From contig OX597815.1 of the NCBI GenBank assembly GCA_951406725.2, positions 86,924,001 through 86,988,000 of the forward strand: a stretch of DNA of 64,000 bases, in the 5' to 3' direction. Numbering within the stretch: position 1 is the first letter of the stretch; every line of letters begins with the position of its first letter. The stretch comes from Octopus vulgaris (taxonomy: Eukaryota). The notes under the pieces were generated by a model. It worked only from the letters and a program-made list of their open reading frames with translations, was not told the origin of the DNA and did not search any database. A program made the translations under genes and the position numbers. Below are positions 1-11,651 of the stretch, in pieces.

Positions 1-328
1 ACAAAGGCGAGAATTGAATCGCAGGAGGAAGTGAAGATGCAAGAAACGATTGGGGAATGGGCCAAGAGAAAAATGAAAATTCGAAATAAAGAACGGAAAT
101 GAGGAAAGACTAGAAGACTTAATTCAGGAGGGAAGGAAAGAAATTCATGCAAGAAATGAAGCTAGGTGTCGTATGAGAAACGACAAAGCTGGAGCTAATA
201 AGGAAAGGATACGAATTGTTAATCAAGGACGTGAATGATGATGATAAGCAAAAACATTTTGTACAAGTCAGAATGAGAAAACGAGCCTCAAGAGATAACC
301 GAAGAGAATAAACAAGATTTATTAGAAA

Positions 329-841
329 CTAGCAGTATCGCCCGGCGTTGCTCGGGTTTGTAAGGGAAATAACTATATAAGCAATTTTAGAGAGTTACTT
401 CCCTTATAGATGCCAATTCGGGCTTTCTTAGCCATTTCTGTTTTGGTGTCTTCAAGCCATGAAGTCGTTGTTCTAAAAGAACGCTGGTCTCCTTGACAAC
501 GCTTTACGACGTTGATTTCCTTACACTCCCTTCCCCAGAGCTTCACGAGGGAGGAAAGAAAGGGGAGAAGCAAATAGGTGCAGGTGTGACCATGGACGCC
601 AACTCCGCCGCCATCGACACACGAAAAATTATGCATTAAAATGGAATAAAAACTGATGTTAAATTATGTTTTAAATCGTAGACTCATCGTAGACGCGCGC
701 TAATACTCAGACGGCCTCGATATGAATCACGACTATAAGATACCCGAATTTGGTTAAACTGCACCACAAAATGTGGGAGTAGTTAGGAATCTAAATCGAA
801 GGGGACAGACACTCACGCAACTACAGTTTTATATATATAGA
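329..841 (-). mobile_element. Non-autonomous Helitron (513 bp)
   Basis: Minus strand starts A|TCTATATATATAAAACTG at 841 and ends CCCGAGCAACGCCGGG hairpin + CGATACTGCTAG|T at 329. A^T target, no TSD. 3' end is the same as in the 52.7-54.8 kb elements. Confidence 0.9.
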
Positions 842-1529
842 TTAACCAAAGCATTATGAAAGAATTGACAAAGTGGAGAATATTTATGGCTGACACTGTA
901 CCATGAAAATGGGCCGTGGAATTAATGTGGGCACTGCCACTTCTAAATCAGGAACAAGAAAATTTAACACACCGCCGGTATGGTTGACAAAAATGAGGGG
1001 TGAGATCACATGCGAGATGCGGTCTCGATAATCATCTTTTTAAAGAAACGCACACATCATTTAGGACACATCATACAGGTAGTCCAGGGAAGAAGGTAAA
1101 TAACATAGCCGGAAACGCCCTAATTCAGAGTTTCATTACAAACAATCAGTAGACGGTTTGACATCAGCTGTTTCTCTAAAGAAGCGACTGACTTGCATTG
1201 CATAAGTAGACTCGGTCATGCAAGAGTTATAGTAGGAAGAATCACACATCATGTATGTCCTCAAAGATGCAAAGCTATTTTTCCCGCCTAATGATGATTG
1301 CATCTTTAAAAGGAAAGTTTTTATTTGAAATTAGAAGAGTGTTAAGGTGGTGACGAGACTGATGAAATGGAGGGAAATGGTATCAGAGTAGATGAGTTGA
1401 GAGGAGTGGGGCTACTTGCATTAACTTACGTATTTGAATGACAGCCCCTTACTTAAAGAAATAGCTTTTATTTACATTATTTACATAATTTACATTTGAC
1501 GGATATTTGTCCTCATCTAGTTTGTTGTT

Positions 1530-1575
1530 AACATAACGTTTCGGCTGATATACCCTCCAGCCTTCATCAGGTGTG
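1530..1575 (-). ncRNA. Minimal type-I hammerhead ribozyme motif
   Basis: CACAC-CUGAUGA-A-GGCUG[GAGGGUAUAU]CAGCC-GAAA-CG-UU-AUGUU. Loopless palindromic stem III (ACGU); first stem I pair is C.A. Confidence 0.7.
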
Positions 1576-1639
1576 TTGGGGAAATTTTGAACCTAGGTTC
1601 TCATTCCTAAGGTGTTTTTCGATATTATTATTATTATTA

Positions 1640-1699
<60 letters not shown>

Positions 1700-1738
1700 T
1701 TTAAAAAAGGATTGACGTAACCTTTCACAAAGGTAAAC

Positions 1739-2269
1739 AGTCAAGACAAAGAGCGCGATTCGATTGTAATAGATATTTTATTAGTTGGACGATATTTCAA
1801 CAGTAAGTCTCTCTTTGTCAAGTTCAAAATAAGAAGTGATAACAATTCAAAATTACAGAAATTTAAACGTAAAGTATGAACGAGAGCAACCAGCGTCCAC
1901 ATGTTGCCCTTTCTGATTCATATTTGAATGGTACGAAATCCATGGGCCCAGGAATGGAAAATCGTAATGTAAATTACAGATTTTGCGTTTTATTCCTTCT
2001 CACAGTCGGCTTGTCAGCCCTGTTAGTTTCGTTAGACCCCAGTGTTGAACCCAATCCTGGGCCCATGGATTTCGTACCATTCAAATATGAATCAGAAAGT
2101 GCAACGTATGGAGGCTAGTTTCTCTCGTTCATACTTTACGTTTAAATTTCTGTAATTTTGCATTTTTATCACTTCTTATTTTGAACTTGACAATGACAAT
2201 TTCCCCAAGTTGAAATATTGTTCAACTAATAAAATATCTTACAATTGAATCGCGCTCTTCGTCTTGACT
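1739..2269. repeat. Fold-back element: ~219-bp inverted arms (1739-1957 / 2051-2269), 93-bp spacer
   Basis: AGTCAAGACAAAGAGCGCGATTC...CCATGGGCCCAGGAATGG is the reverse complement of CCAATCCTGGGCCCATGG...GAATCGCGCTCTTCGTCTTGACT. It sits between (TTA)n and (CTA/TAG)n tracts. Confidence 0.9.
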
Positions 2270-2295
2270 ACTACTACTACTACTAGTAGTAGTAT

Positions 2296-2351
<56 letters not shown>

Positions 2352-2433
2352 TTCAGGTCGCTGCTTGGAATCGAACTCGGAATCTTGGGATTAGTAGCCC
2401 GCGCTCTTAACCACTTCGCCATATGACCGTGGG
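2352..2433 (-). mobile_element. tRNA-derived SINE head (Pol III A and B boxes)
   Basis: Minus strand TGGCGAAGTGG (A box) ... GAGTTCGATTCC (B box) with tRNA-like spacing; acceptor stem not intact. Confidence 0.8.
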
Positions 2434-2496
2434 CTTAATAATAATAACATCGAAGAATACCTTAGGAATGAGAACCCAGGTTCGAAATTTTCCCAG

Positions 2497-2542
2497 GACA
2501 CCTGATGAAGGTTGGAGAATATATCGGCCGAAACGTTATGTT
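2497..2542 (+). ncRNA. Minimal hammerhead motif (inverted copy of 1530-1575)
   Basis: GACAC-CUGAUGA-A-GGUUG[GAGAAUAUAU]CGGCC-GAAA-CG-UU-AUGUU. Stem II pairing is kept despite substitutions relative to the other copy. Confidence 0.7.
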
Positions 2543-3572
2543 AACAACAAACAAGATGAGGACCAATAGTCGTCAAATCTAAATAATGTACATAATTCCT
2601 CATCTCTAAAATATCGACTCAAACAGCTTTTATAACATTATCTGAGATAATCTAGATGTGAAACTCTGAGTCACTGTTATCTCAGAGACATAAGTGGCTA
2701 AGAATACATATCGATTACCCTTTCTTTGTTTATTCATATCAATTCTCATAAATTATAAATTTGTATGTATTTCCTATATGTATGTATGATATTACATATA
2801 TATACACACACAAACATATATACACACACATACATACATACATACACACACAAACATATACAAAATCACACAGTACAACACATACATATATGTGTATGTG
2901 TATGTAGGCGTTTATGCATGTATCAGTAACGTAGCACAGATCGTATTCGTAGATGTATGCAAAAGTCTAGTAATGTACGTATTTATATACTAATCTATGT
3001 ACCAAGGAATATACCAATGTTTGGATATTCGTGTTTGCGCATATATCTTTGTGCGAATAAGAAGTGGGGAGGTTACAAGAATAAATACCATTGTGTACAC
3101 TTATTCAATGTGAATGTCCTATGCTTCGAAGACGACTGACATTAATTCTTTTATCAATTATATTGTATTGTTTTTGTATTTTGTTGTTTTCACTTTTTAT
3201 ATTCATATTTATGTTCTTATGTTTTTTCCTATCATTCTCCATAAATATAAAATTTTATTTTCCTGAAGAGGTTCCACGAAAATCTGTTTAACCTTAATAA
3301 ATATAAGACTCAACTGAGACGCCTCATAGGTTAGCAGATTGGAGAACACAGTGATTTCCCATGTGGTTGCAATTAAAACTTTGACTATATATCTCTCGAT
3401 GATTTCTGACATATGTATATATGTATATATATATATACACACATACATACATTTAGATTCAGGTGAATATGGTACTTAAGCTGAGGCACCAGACTTTAGT
3501 ACGGTATCATCCATACAATTCCAAAATAAGATGATTAGAATCAAAATAAGCAACAAGGATATCCAGAGGTAA

Positions 3573-3658
3573 TGCAGTACGATCGTTTCACGCAACTCCA
3601 TTTAATTGAACAATGCAACCATTACATCAATTTAAATGCAGAGCAATCCTCGGCTGCA
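3573..3658 (-). ncRNA. Hammerhead-like motif with long stem II (core CCGAGGA)
   Basis: UGCAG-CCGAGGA-[~57 nt hairpin incl. CAUUUAAAUUGA/UCAAUUAAAUG]-GAAA-CGAUCG-UA-CUGCA. U4 is C. Confidence 0.6.
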
Positions 3659-4049
3659 CAAAGACATAGAATTTAATTAAATTAAAACGGATGGACACAT
3701 TAGAATAATTTTGTCTGAAATATCTAAGACGTTAAGGAGACAGACAAAGAACATGCTAAATTGTTGCTGAACTCATATACCATACCCAAACGATGTTTCT
3801 GGTATTTAATTTTCAACAGGATGGAAAAGGTAAATATAGAATTTTCTCAAAAGGACATCCCCTTACATAGTAAAGATACCTATATGTGGCTACTAACCCA
3901 TAGAACAAATTAGTTTGTTAGAAGGATGAGGTGGATGCCTGTCATCATGAGACTAAGAAGAAAAATGGAACTCTAGAAACATAAGAGAAATATTATTATA
4001 AGAAGATATTCAAAAGCAGAAAAATCCTCCACCTTGTCCACTACTGGAA

Positions 4050-5090
4050 AAATTTGAAAAAGACTTGTTTGATCTAATAGCTAATGTTAAAATTCAAGGA
4101 ACACCCACTTAGAAAAAACTTACATCTAAGGAAACTAAAAGAATTTATTGTCATTGCATAACAAACCAGGCATTCTGGTCCCAGTAGATAAAACCGGAAA
4201 CTTATATAGTCTTGACTATATCACCTATAGGAAACTTGTAATGAAGGAACTGACAGGTAAATATAAAATAACATCGAAAAGGAATCTATTAGACATCAAT
4301 TTGAAAATAAAGAATTTATGACGGAATACGACTTGGCGGACATGACCGAACCCTTAACACCAAGGATGAACTTAGGATTAATCTAAAGGACCACAAGAAG
4401 AATCTCCATGATAATCCTACTGTAAGACTAATTTGCCCAATTAAGTCTGGCATTGGTCGGCTTAGCAAGTCGATTTCGGACAATATTCTACCCCTTATAA
4501 TTCACAACCTAACTCAAAAATTATGGATTGATACGGATGAGGTAATACATTGGTTCAAATCCATTGATAACATAAGTAATTATTCTTTTATCCAAGTTGA
4601 CCTTAATAGCTATTATTCCAGTATATCCCCTATTCTTCTCAACAAGTCTCCTATTTTGCAAAACAAAAACCTCCCGCTTATAACTAGGGATCAAATTGAC
4701 ATTATTCTTTTAGCTAGAAGAATTATTATAGAATTTGAGGGTAAACTTGGACTAGGGCTGACACCCCTGAAAACTTTGATATAGCTATAGGCTTGAGCGA
4801 CTCAGCAAATCTAGTGGGTGCGTACTTTTTTAATGTGCCTAAATAGGGAAATCCCTAAATTACAGGGAGGCTTATACAGGGATAGTGCTCTGTTCATCAT
4901 CCCTAGCAACAATAAATCAATCATAGAAAAAATGAGAAAAAGAATTAGAAAATTTTTCAAGAACTTTAACTTAAGTATTACGTATGAATGTGACACAAAA
5001 GTAGTAAATATTTTGGATACTACTTTAAACATTAACTCATAATTATTCTATCCCTATAGGAATGAAGGTGAAGTTACAAGATAAGTGAAT
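4050..5090 (+). pseudogene. Penelope-type reverse transcriptase, frameshifted
   Basis: Motifs match the better-preserved PLE RT at 43.8-44.6 kb (LKDHK.N...P.VRLI.P.KS..G.LSK; FIQ.D..SYY; LYRD). Confidence 0.85.
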
Positions 5091-6205
5091 GTATTAAAAT
5101 TGGTAGTTAAATTAATGTAAAATTAGAAAGTTTCATAGCATAAATATTCCCTTAGCTAAAACCAGGTATCAGTCCATATTGATACTAGCTAAATAAGTAA
5201 ATATATAATATTTAGTTTGGTATGTTTTGAATTATTATACATTTTCTATATATCTTCTCTGTTGTGGTTAATAAGCTACGTATAATTTTATCATTTTTTT
5301 TTTGTGATTGAACTTATATTATTCCTTTTCTATGATGTTGTGCACTACCTGATTATTTTGTTTCCTTATTATTTTATAATAGCCTTTGTTTATTTATTTA
5401 TTTATAAAATAAATCTAATTTTTGTACCTCTATAAATTCAAACTTAGCTTATATATAAGCAATACTGGTATATTCACTACTTAAAATAAACTACTTAGAT
5501 TATAATTAAATTAAGTTAAAGTTAGCATGTTCTTTTACCTCAGTACTCCTTTATTAAATGCTAGTATATACCAATTGATCAATATTCACTGATACCATCT
5601 CATAAGTTAGTATTTACATTTATAATATGTATAAATATTAAAATATTTCTGGATAATTTCTTTTCCTCCATCTATTGTGGTAAAAGTTTGGTATATACTC
5701 AAAAGTATTCATGAAACATTTTATCCTTTTGTTATAATTCTTCTTCTTAATAATCCTCTGAGTAACCCTAAACTTTAACTTTATACAATATAGCAGTATT
5801 AATTAAAATATTTAACTATAGTATTACATGATAAGCTTTTCCCTGTTTTCATTATCAATGGTCTGCTAGTGGCCAGCCCCCTTAACTGTCAGCTAACATC
5901 TTGATTTAAGTTTTCCTTTACCAAACCTCATGATATTGTTTCAAATAAATCTTGATTTTTATGATTATACCCACTATGATTTCTGTCGACTCCTTCAGCC
6001 CTACCCATAACAGGCTCGGCCTTAGATATACAAGGATTTGATAAAACTGGTTTATAAATTAAAAAAACCCCATATAACTGTGACAAGCAAAATCTGGGAG
6101 GAAAGCAGGATGTTCTTTGTCTATATCCTTAACTTCTTGGATATCTCAGGCAAAATTATACTAATGTGTCCATCTATTTTAATTTAATTATATTCTATGT
6201 CTTTG

Positions 6206-6291
6206 TGCAGTTGAGTATTGCTCTGCATTTAAATTGATGTAATGGTTGCATTGTTGAATAAAGTGGAGTTGCGTGAAAAGATCGTACTGCA
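6206..6291 (+). ncRNA. Decayed copy of the long-stem-II hammerhead
   Basis: UGCAG-UUGAGUA-...-GAAAAGAUCGUA-CUGCA. Core mutated. Confidence 0.45.
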
Positions 6292-6450
6292 TTAACTCTG
6301 GATATCCTCGTTGCTTATTTTGATTCTAATCACCGTATTTTGAAATTGTATGGAAAATAGCGTACTAAAGTCTGGTGCCTCAAATTACGTACCATATTCA
6401 CCTGAATCTAAATGTTTACATACATGTGTATATATATAAACATACATGTA

Positions 6451-6505
<55 letters not shown>

Positions 6506-6521
6506 TTATATATATATATAT

Positions 6522-6553
<32 letters not shown>

Positions 6554-7127
6554 ACACACATATGTGTGTGCCTGTGTGTGTGTGTGTTAGAAGTCATCGG
6601 GAGATATATAGGCAATGTTTTAATTGCAACCACATGGGAAATCACTGTGTCCTCCAATCTGCTAACCTATGAGGCGTCTCAGATGAGTCTTATATTTATT
6701 AAAGTTAAACATATTTTCGTGGAACCTCTTCAGGAAAATAAAATTTTATATTTATGGAGAATGATAGGAAAAAACATAAGAACATAAATATGAATATAAA
6801 AAGTGAAAACAACAAAATACAAAAACAATACAATATAACTGATAAAATAATTAATGTCAGTCGTCTTCGACGCATAGGCCATTCACATTGAATAAGTGTA
6901 CACAATGGTATGTATTCTTGTAACCACCCCACTTCTCATTCGCACAAAGATATATGCACAAACACCAATATCCATACATTGGTATATTCCTTGGTACATA
7001 GATTAGTATATAAATACGTACATTACTAGATTTTTGCATACATCTACGAATACGATCTGAGCCACGTGAAACGATCGCACCGCATTACCTCTGGATATCC
7101 TTGTTGCTTATTTTGATTCTAATATAC

Positions 7128-7168
<41 letters not shown>

Positions 7169-7254
7169 CATACATACATACATACATACATGTATCTCTT
7201 TTACTCTTTTTATCGTTTCAGCCATGCAGCCGGGGTCATGCTGGAGCACCACCA

Positions 7255-8520
7255 TGGTCTTTCTGACTTCCTCAATCTGGGTGTTTCACATCACCGCTCC
7301 TGTATGTGCCTTTGGCCAAGCTGTTGTTACATTTGGTGTATAAGGGAGATTGATTCTGCTGTCTTCGTCTGTACCTCAGGTTGGGCTGTTGTTTCATCCG
7401 GTATTGTGGAAAGGAGGATGCCTAGTTTCTTTTTGAAGACATCTTCTTCCACCTTATGCAAACTTCTTAATTTTTGTGGCAGGGCATTGAAGAGCTGTGG
7501 GCTTTTGAACCCTAGACTATTGCAGTACCTGGTCCTGAATTTAGATGGAGTGGATGGTACCTTTGGTACAATACAATGGCAGCCAGTTCTAGCATTTGTA
7601 CAACACTCAATGCCAAAGTTAGGTTCTAGCCCTTCTAGGATTTTCCATATGTATATCATTGCATATCTCTCACGCCTTCGCTCCAGGGAGTAAAGCTGTA
7701 GTTTTCTCAGCTTATCCCTGTAGCTCATCCGCTGTACTATTTCAATCTTTTTAGTGTAGTGGCATGATACTGCTTCAAGCTCCGCTGTTAGTTTGGCACT
7801 ACGTGGTGACCATAACTGGGAGCAGTAGTCCAGGTGGCTGAACACAAAAGTTCTCCACAGGGTCAACATAGTTTCTTGGTCTCTTATCTTGAAGGACCTC
7901 AGTATCCATCCTTCCAGTTGTCTGCAGTTTGGTGCCATCTTGCTAATGTGCATATAAAATGATGCGTCGTTGCACATACTGATCCCCAAGTGCTTCACTG
8001 CCTGTGACTCAGGGATTGTAGCGCTTTCGGGTCCTGTACATGTAGATTGTACTGTAATCGTGAGTTGATAGTGCAGTGCTTGAAATTTTTCAGCGTTAAA
8101 CTATATGTTGTTTATTTCTGCTTACTTGTATATTGAATTTTGGTCCCACTGTAAGCTTGTGACATCATCTTGGTTTTTTATTGCCTGTGATAATTTTGTA
8201 TCGTCGGCATAGCTAGTAACAGTGGCCGTCCGAGTGACCGTGGGTATATCTAAGAGGGCTGTTATGAACAATAATGCCCCCAGAACAGTTCCCTGGGGGA
8301 CACCACTTAGGATTTCAGTTTCCTCATTGGCTGAAACTACATGACTACTGTTTTTAAGGAAGTCATGCAACCACTCTCCCAGTTTACCAGAAATGCCAAG
8401 GTCTCGTAGCTTATGATTCATCATGCCATGACCTACCTTATCAACTACCTTTGCGAAGTCAAGGTATATCATACTGACATCTGAATGATCAAGCAGTTGT
8501 TTCAAACCCAAGTCATAGTG
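7255..8520 (-). mobile_element. CR1/L2-clade LINE fragment (RT and C-terminus)
   Basis: ORFs 8122-8541 (IYLDFAK, SGVPQGTVLG, SYADDTK) and 7327-7998 (HLDYCSQLWSP, LYSLERRRER). Confidence 0.9.
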
Positions 8521-9231
8521 CTGCATAAAGCCGGATTTCACGGGAGGGCCGCAATCAGAAAGTCACTACTTTCAAAAACACACGTTGCAAAGCGTTTAGA
8601 GTGCAGTAATTGGTCCCTAGAGCAGTGGGAGAATGTGATTTTCTCGGATAAGTCATCCTTTACCTTAATTCCCCATCACCGGCCAAGTATACGTGTGGAG
8701 ACAGCCCAAAAGAAGCATTTGACCCAGACTGCCTGCTTCCAACTGTTAAATATGGAGGGGGATCTGTGATGATCTGGAGGTGGGGCTATATCTTGGAAAT
8801 CCGGCGGCCCAATGGTTTCCCTTCATGGCAGAATTAATAGTCAAGACTATTTAAGTATTTTATCTGATCAAATTCATCCTACGGTTGCGAAACTGTTTCC
8901 GGAGAGAAACGCAATCTTTCAGAATGATAATGCACTAATTCACACAGCTAACGTTGTTACTGAATGGCACGAGGGACATTCTAATGAAGCTGAACATCTT
9001 ATCTGGCCACCATAGTCCCCATATCTCAATATTATCGAACATTTATGGTGTATTTTAGAAAAATAAGGGGTCGATATCCTCCACCATTATCACTACAAGA
9101 ACTGGAGACTGTTTTAGCTGAAGAATGGACAAAAGTTCCTTTGGAAACAATCCAAACTTTGTACAGGTCCATACCTCGTAGAATTCAATTGTTTGAAATT
9201 TTAGGGTGTTTCCATTATTTTGTCCAACACT

Positions 9232-9233
<2 letters not shown>
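8521..9233 (+). mobile_element. Tc1-like transposon, 5'-truncated, with right TIR
   Basis: WENVIFSDKSSF, GGSVMIW, FQNDNALIH, WPP*SPYLNIIEHLW (DD34E type). Ends GGTGTTTCCATTATTTTGTCCAACACTTG|TA. Confidence 0.88.
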
Positions 9234-9292
<59 letters not shown>

Positions 9293-9668
9293 TATACATA
9301 CATATATGTAGTGGTAGTAGTAGTAGTAGTAGTAGTAGTAGTCTAAAACTTATCGACTAGCTAATTTCCAAAGGCAGTACGTCTCTATTTTTAAATCTAC
9401 ATAGTCCAACGTACTCTTCGTTTCATAAGATGTCAACGTATGACTTGAAGGTCATAAGATGTCAAAGTAAGACTGGAAAATCAAAATATCGCGTAGCTGC
9501 ATTGTTGTTGTTCTAACACAAACATACATGCATTCATGCATACATACATACATACATACATGCATGCATGCATACATACATAAATACATACATACATACA
9601 TACATACATACATACATGCATGCATGCATGCATGCATACATACATACATACATACATACATACATACA

Positions 9669-9699
<31 letters not shown>

Positions 9700-10452
9700 G
9701 GTAAAAGCCATAGCCACTCATAATAAAAAGGAATATTTCTGGAACGTACCAGTGAAAACCTCAATAAAATGTAAGCACAACAGACCTGATATGATGATTT
9801 GGGATTGACAAGAGAAACTGTGCACAATTGTGGAATTTATCTGCCTAGCGGATGTTAACATAAAGCTGAAGATCAGTGAAGAAGAGAACACCTATGCTGA
9901 ACTATTGAAAAATCAAGATTGCAAGTTCAGGTCTATACCTGTAATTATTGGGACCCTGGGATATGTAACACACTGCCTAAATGCCAATCTTGAGAAATTA
10001 GGCTTCTCAAAACCAGAAAGAAGAAAGCTAATTCGAAGACTACAGGTCCAATCTATCACTGGAACTGTAAAAATCTGTAAAACTTTCCAGAAGTTTTATC
10101 ATTTAAATATATACGAGCGTATCTAAATATGCATGAGAATACGTACATAAAACATACAAATCTTCACATACATACATACATACATACATACATACATACA
10201 TACATACATACATACATACATACATGCATACAAAAATACCCTGTTGCTGATGTTGAAATTCCATTGAAGGAGCCTTGGATCTAGGTTAAAAACCGGTTCT
10301 TTCTCTATTGGCAAGAAATCTTGAAATAAACTGAATAATGACATACAAACAAAAATACCCTGTTGTTGATGTTGATATTCCAATGAAGGAACCTTGGATC
10401 TAGATTAGAAATCGGTTCTTTGTCTATTGGCAAGAAATCTTGAAATAAACTG
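9700..10452 (+). mobile_element. 3' end of RLE-type (R4/Dong/NeSL-like) non-LTR retrotransposon with duplicated ~120-bp tail
   Basis: YFWNVPVKT...HNRPDMMIWD...IVEF...IPVIIGTLG restriction-like endonuclease. Tail repeated at ~10232-10335 and ~10350-10453, embedded in (CATA)n. Confidence 0.75.
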
Positions 10453-11294
10453 ACTGACATACATACATACATACATACATACATACATACATACATACAT
10501 ACATACATACATACATACATACACACAGACACACACATACATAAATACATACATACACACAGACACAAACATACATACATACATACATACATACATACAT
10601 ACATACATACATACATACATACATACATACATACATACATACACACATACACACACATACATAAATACATACATACACACAGACACAAACATACATACAT
10701 ACATACATACATACATACATACATACATACATACATACATACATACATACATACATACATACATACATACATACATACATACATAGGGAAATAAAAATAG
10801 CTAGATATATACGAATAGACGGAGCTGAAACTACATCGTATGTGAAAATCTTATGAAATTATATGAAGTTAATGCTCATTTGGAATGAGTGGCATCATAG
10901 ATGGGAAGTGGTCTTCCTACTTGCTACTAATGCCATCCCTTCACCCTACTACCAATTGTTTGCTTCTCTTTCCTACCTTTCACTTCTATAATTTTACTCG
11001 CTATTTTATTCGCTATTGAAGTTTTAGCTCTCTTTCTTTCTCCTTTCTACTCTCTCCTGTCTCTTTCTTTTGTGGTCTACCCTTTCGGCACCTTGTATAA
11101 AATTACCTCACTCTCTCCTCAATCGATGGGGCTCTTAGTTTTGCAACCTACAAGGTAACCTCACTCCGGCTGGTGCCACGAAAAATGTACCCGGTAATTC
11201 TGACATTCTGTAAAGTGACTGACGCTAGAAAGAGTAACCTCACCAGACACTGAAGCACTTCACAGTCCTCTGATTCGGCGAACCCTATCATACC

Positions 11295-11511
11295 TATTTC
11301 TTTACTACCCACAAGGGGCTAAACACAGAGAGGACAAACGGATTAAGTCGATTATATCGAGCCCAGTGCGTAACTGGTACTTATTTAATCGACCCCGAAA
11401 GGATGAAAGGCAAAGTCGACCTCGGCGGAATTTGAACTCAGAACGTAATAGCAGACGAAATACGGCTACGCATTTCGCCCGCCGTGCTGACGTTTCTGTC
11501 AGCTCGCCGCC
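11295..11511 (-). mobile_element. tRNA-derived SINE with TSD
   Basis: GGCGGCGAGCTGACAGAA head, GAGTTCAAATTCC B box, GCCTTTCATCCTTTCGGGGTCGAT core. TATCATACC duplicated on both sides (11286-11294, 11512-11520). Confidence 0.88.
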
Positions 11512-11566
11512 TATCATACCGTCCAATATACACAGTCACTCACGCATACACACACACACAACTAGG

Positions 11567-11651
<85 letters not shown>

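Larger units (their letters stand above)
1472..2620 (-). mobile_element. Composite tRNA-headed SINE-like element with hammerhead tail and inverted terminal copy
   Basis: tRNA-like head 2433->2352, then triplet microsatellite, then body 1625->1472 with HHR. Inverted copy of the body at 2436-2620. Flanked by AAATAGCTTTTAT (1459-1471) and AAACAGCTTTTAT (2621-2633). Confidence 0.7.
2929..7123 (+). mobile_element. Degenerate Penelope-like element with long inverted terminal arms (pseudo-LTRs)
   Basis: Arms 2929-3757 and 6107-7067 are reverse complements. Broken RT motifs between them: FEKDLFDLI, ILVPVDKTGNLY, LKDHKKNLHDNPTVRLICP, GLYRDS. HHR in the arms. Confidence 0.85.

Noticed and set aside
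1-1330. Purine-rich sequence split by the Helitron, possibly an old LINE
   Set aside because: No recognisable protein motif.
1910-1950. CTGATTCA...GAAATCCATGG resembling a hammerhead
   Set aside because: Lacks G8/A9, the UH site and stem I.
2352-2433. Functional tRNA gene
   Set aside because: No proper acceptor stem and repeat context; treated as a SINE head.
9423-9480. Two ~28-bp tandem units (TCATAAGATGTCAA...)
   Set aside because: Only two copies with no spacers; not CRISPR-like.
10255-10420. TGAAGG..stem..GAAA-CCGG-T in the R4-like tail as a possible HHR
   Set aside because: No CUGANGA register and no stem I.
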